Positions 62,473 through 64,000 of a DNA stretch of 64,000 nucleotides are shown piece after piece; position 1 is the first letter of the stretch, and every line of letters begins with the position of its first letter. Where the stretch lies: NCBI GenBank assembly GCA_001704065.1, contig LHBX01000057.1, forward strand, positions 3,634 to 67,633. Reading direction: 5' to 3'. The translations under genes and the position numbers were made by a program. The notes beneath the pieces were generated by a model. That model ran no database searches. It worked only from the letters and a program-made list of their open reading frames with translations, and was not told the origin of the DNA. This DNA comes from Pelagibacteraceae bacterium GOM-A1 (GTDB lineage: Bacteria > Pseudomonadota > Alphaproteobacteria > Pelagibacterales > Pelagibacteraceae).

Positions 62473-63466
62473 CTGGATCTATCTTACCCGACTTTACTAA
62501 TTCCTCCAGTGATTTTTCCATAGTGATCATTCCATCACGCACAGCAGTTTGCATAATGCTTGGTATTTGGTGAATTTTTGCTTCTCTTATTAAGTTCTGA
62601 ATTGGCGCAGTGCACTTCATGATTTCAAATGCACCAACCCTACCAGCACCATCTCTTGTTTTTAACAATCTTTGGGTAACTACCATTTTTAGTGATGTAG
62701 AAATTTGAGCTCTAATTTGTTCTTGTTGCTCTGGAGGAAAAACATCAATTATTCTATTTATTGTGCTTGGGGCACCGCTTGTATGCAAAGTTCCAAAAAC
62801 TAAGTGACCAGTTTCCGCAGCAGTAAGCGCTAAACTAATTGTTTCAAGATCTCTCATTTCACCAACAAGAATTACATCTGGATCTTCTCTTAAAGCAGCT
62901 TTAAGCGCTGCTGCAAAAGATTGAGTTTGTTTTCCAACTTCTCGATGAGAAACAATACTTTTTACATCTTTGTGAATAAATTCTACTGGATCTTCTACAG
63001 TTATAATATTTGATGTTCTTGTTTTATTAATTTCATTTACGATTGCTGCAAGTGTTGTTGATTTACCTGAACCAGTTGGTCCAGTTACAAGCACCAGTCC
63101 TTTATGGAAATCTACTATATCATAAAGAGCTTGCGGTAGACTAAATTGATCCATATCTGGAATTTTACTTTCAACTCTTCTTAATACTGCAGCTGGTCCA
63201 CTAATCGTTTTATAAAAATTTGCTCTAAATCTTAATCCGCTTAACATGACTGCAGAATCTAACTCATGAGTCTTTTCAAATTTTTCAGCTTCGTGTTCGT
63301 TACAATTCATTGAGATTAAATCTTTTAAATCTTGAGCTGTAACATTTGTACCTTCAACTTTTATGATTTCTCCAGTTTGTCGATAAGCTAGGGGAGATCC
63401 TGCCCTAATATGAAAATCAGAAATTTTCTTATTATCTTTTGCTAACTGCTCTAATTTTTCAAACAT
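62450..63466 (-). CDS. pilT: type IV pilus retraction ATPase
   Basis: GPTGSGKSTT, EDPVE, LREDPDVILVGEMRD, TLHT, AIRNLIRE-like PIQNLIRE. Confidence 0.95.
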   Translation of the reverse strand: MFEKLEQLAKDNKKISDFHIRAGSPLAYRQTGEIIKVEGTNVTAQDLKDLISMNCNEHEAEKFEKTHELDSAVMLSGLRFRANFYKTISGPAAVLRRVESKIPDMDQFSLPQALYDIVDFHKGLVLVTGPTGSGKSTTLAAIVNEINKTRTSNIITVEDPVEFIHKDVKSIVSHREVGKQTQSFAAALKAALREDPDVILVGEMRDLETISLALTAAETGHLVFGTLHTSGAPSTINRIIDVFPPEQQEQIRAQISTSLKMVVTQRLLKTRDGAGRVGAFEIMKCTAPIQNLIREAKIHQIPSIMQTAVRDGMITMEKSLEELVKSGKIDPGAARSGH

Positions 63467-63472
63467 TTTAAT

Positions 63473-63502
63473 AGTTTATACTTTAGTACAATAAATTGTC
63501 AT
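63473..63502 (-). promoter_or_regulatory. putative sigma70 promoter, leaderless pilT
   Basis: Minus strand reads ATGACA-N18-TAAACT-N6-ATG. Confidence 0.35.
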
Positions 63503-63620
63503 TAAATTACTATTAAATATTTGCAAAAACCCATTTCAGACACTTTGCTTGAAAGTTCGAGTATTAGTTGATTTAATGTAAATATATAATAATGGTTTAG
63601 TATTATTACATAATTAAAAA

Positions 63621-64000
63621 ATGAAAAACCCTTTTGCTAATTTATTCAAAAAGAAATCTAAAGAAGGTGAACAAACACCAGTTCCAAAAACAGAGGAAAA
63701 AAAGAAAAAAGAAAGTTTTTTAGGTAAGTTTTTTAAAAATAGAATTGGAAAATCTGCAGTTCAAGGAGAAGAAATTGTAGGTGTTGAGCTTTCACCAACA
63801 GAAATTAGGTTAGCACAACTAACAACTGATAAATCCAACAAATGGGTTTTAGAAAAATTTTTTATTCATCCAATTGAAGGTCTAGATAAAAGTGCTACTG
63901 TTTTAGATAATCAAGATAAGTTTGGAGACGAACTTAAAATTGCTCTTCAAAAATCTAAAATAACAACTACAAATGCAGCGATTGCTATTCCTGTTACCAG
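63621..64000 (+). CDS. pilM: type IV pilus assembly protein PilM, 5' part (runs off the window; absent from the ORF track)
   Basis: Open frame MKNPFANLFKKK...EEIVGVELSPTEIRLAQL...KITTTNAAIAIP matches the PilM/FtsA-like N-terminus; divergent from pilT. Confidence 0.8.
   Translation, partial: MKNPFANLFKKKSKEGEQTPVPKTEEKKKKESFLGKFFKNRIGKSAVQGEEIVGVELSPTEIRLAQLTTDKSNKWVLEKFFIHPIEGLDKSATVLDNQDKFGDELKIALQKSKITTTNAAIAIPVT

Overview
Very AT-rich, densely packed alphaproteobacterial chromosome segment. Gene content and order, a two-piece permuted tmRNA, ThyX and near-zero intergenic spacing point to the SAR11/Pelagibacter clade (inference). Most of the window is core housekeeping: purA end, rpoH, rluD, tsaC, ispA-dxs, aroC, pdxH, ispB, sppA-glyQS-ppdK, nadAC, thyX, mrp, hflKC-degP-miaA-ilvBHC-leuA-mreBCD-mrdA-rodA, plus tRNA-Arg(UCG), tRNA-Leu(GAG) and tmRNA. 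Three accessory or surface regions stand out. (1) An Ig-domain autotransporter between purA and rpoH. (2) An 8.6-kb integrase-free island between thyX and mrp: two FkbM methyltransferases, ATP-grasp ligase, PIG-L deacetylase, DPM1/ArnC-like GT2, alkaline-phosphatase-superfamily protein, GT-C-like membrane protein and SDR, together suggesting a lipid-linked amino-sugar transfer pathway. (3) A type IVa pilus locus: pilT leads fimT-pilV-W-X-hypothetical-pilY1, followed by an autotransporter-like gene with an unusual tail after the barrel, converging on a pilD-moxR-DUF58-transglutaminase operon; pilM is cut off at the right edge. The best oddities are a PilY1 whose vWA domain is split by a ~285-aa NHL propeller, an Mrp/ApbC lacking its Fe-S-binding CxxC, a CCG-type tRNA-Arg carrying UCG, and many apparently leaderless promoters. 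No CRISPR, integrase or transposase was seen. All family assignments come from motif recognition by eye; no database searches were run.
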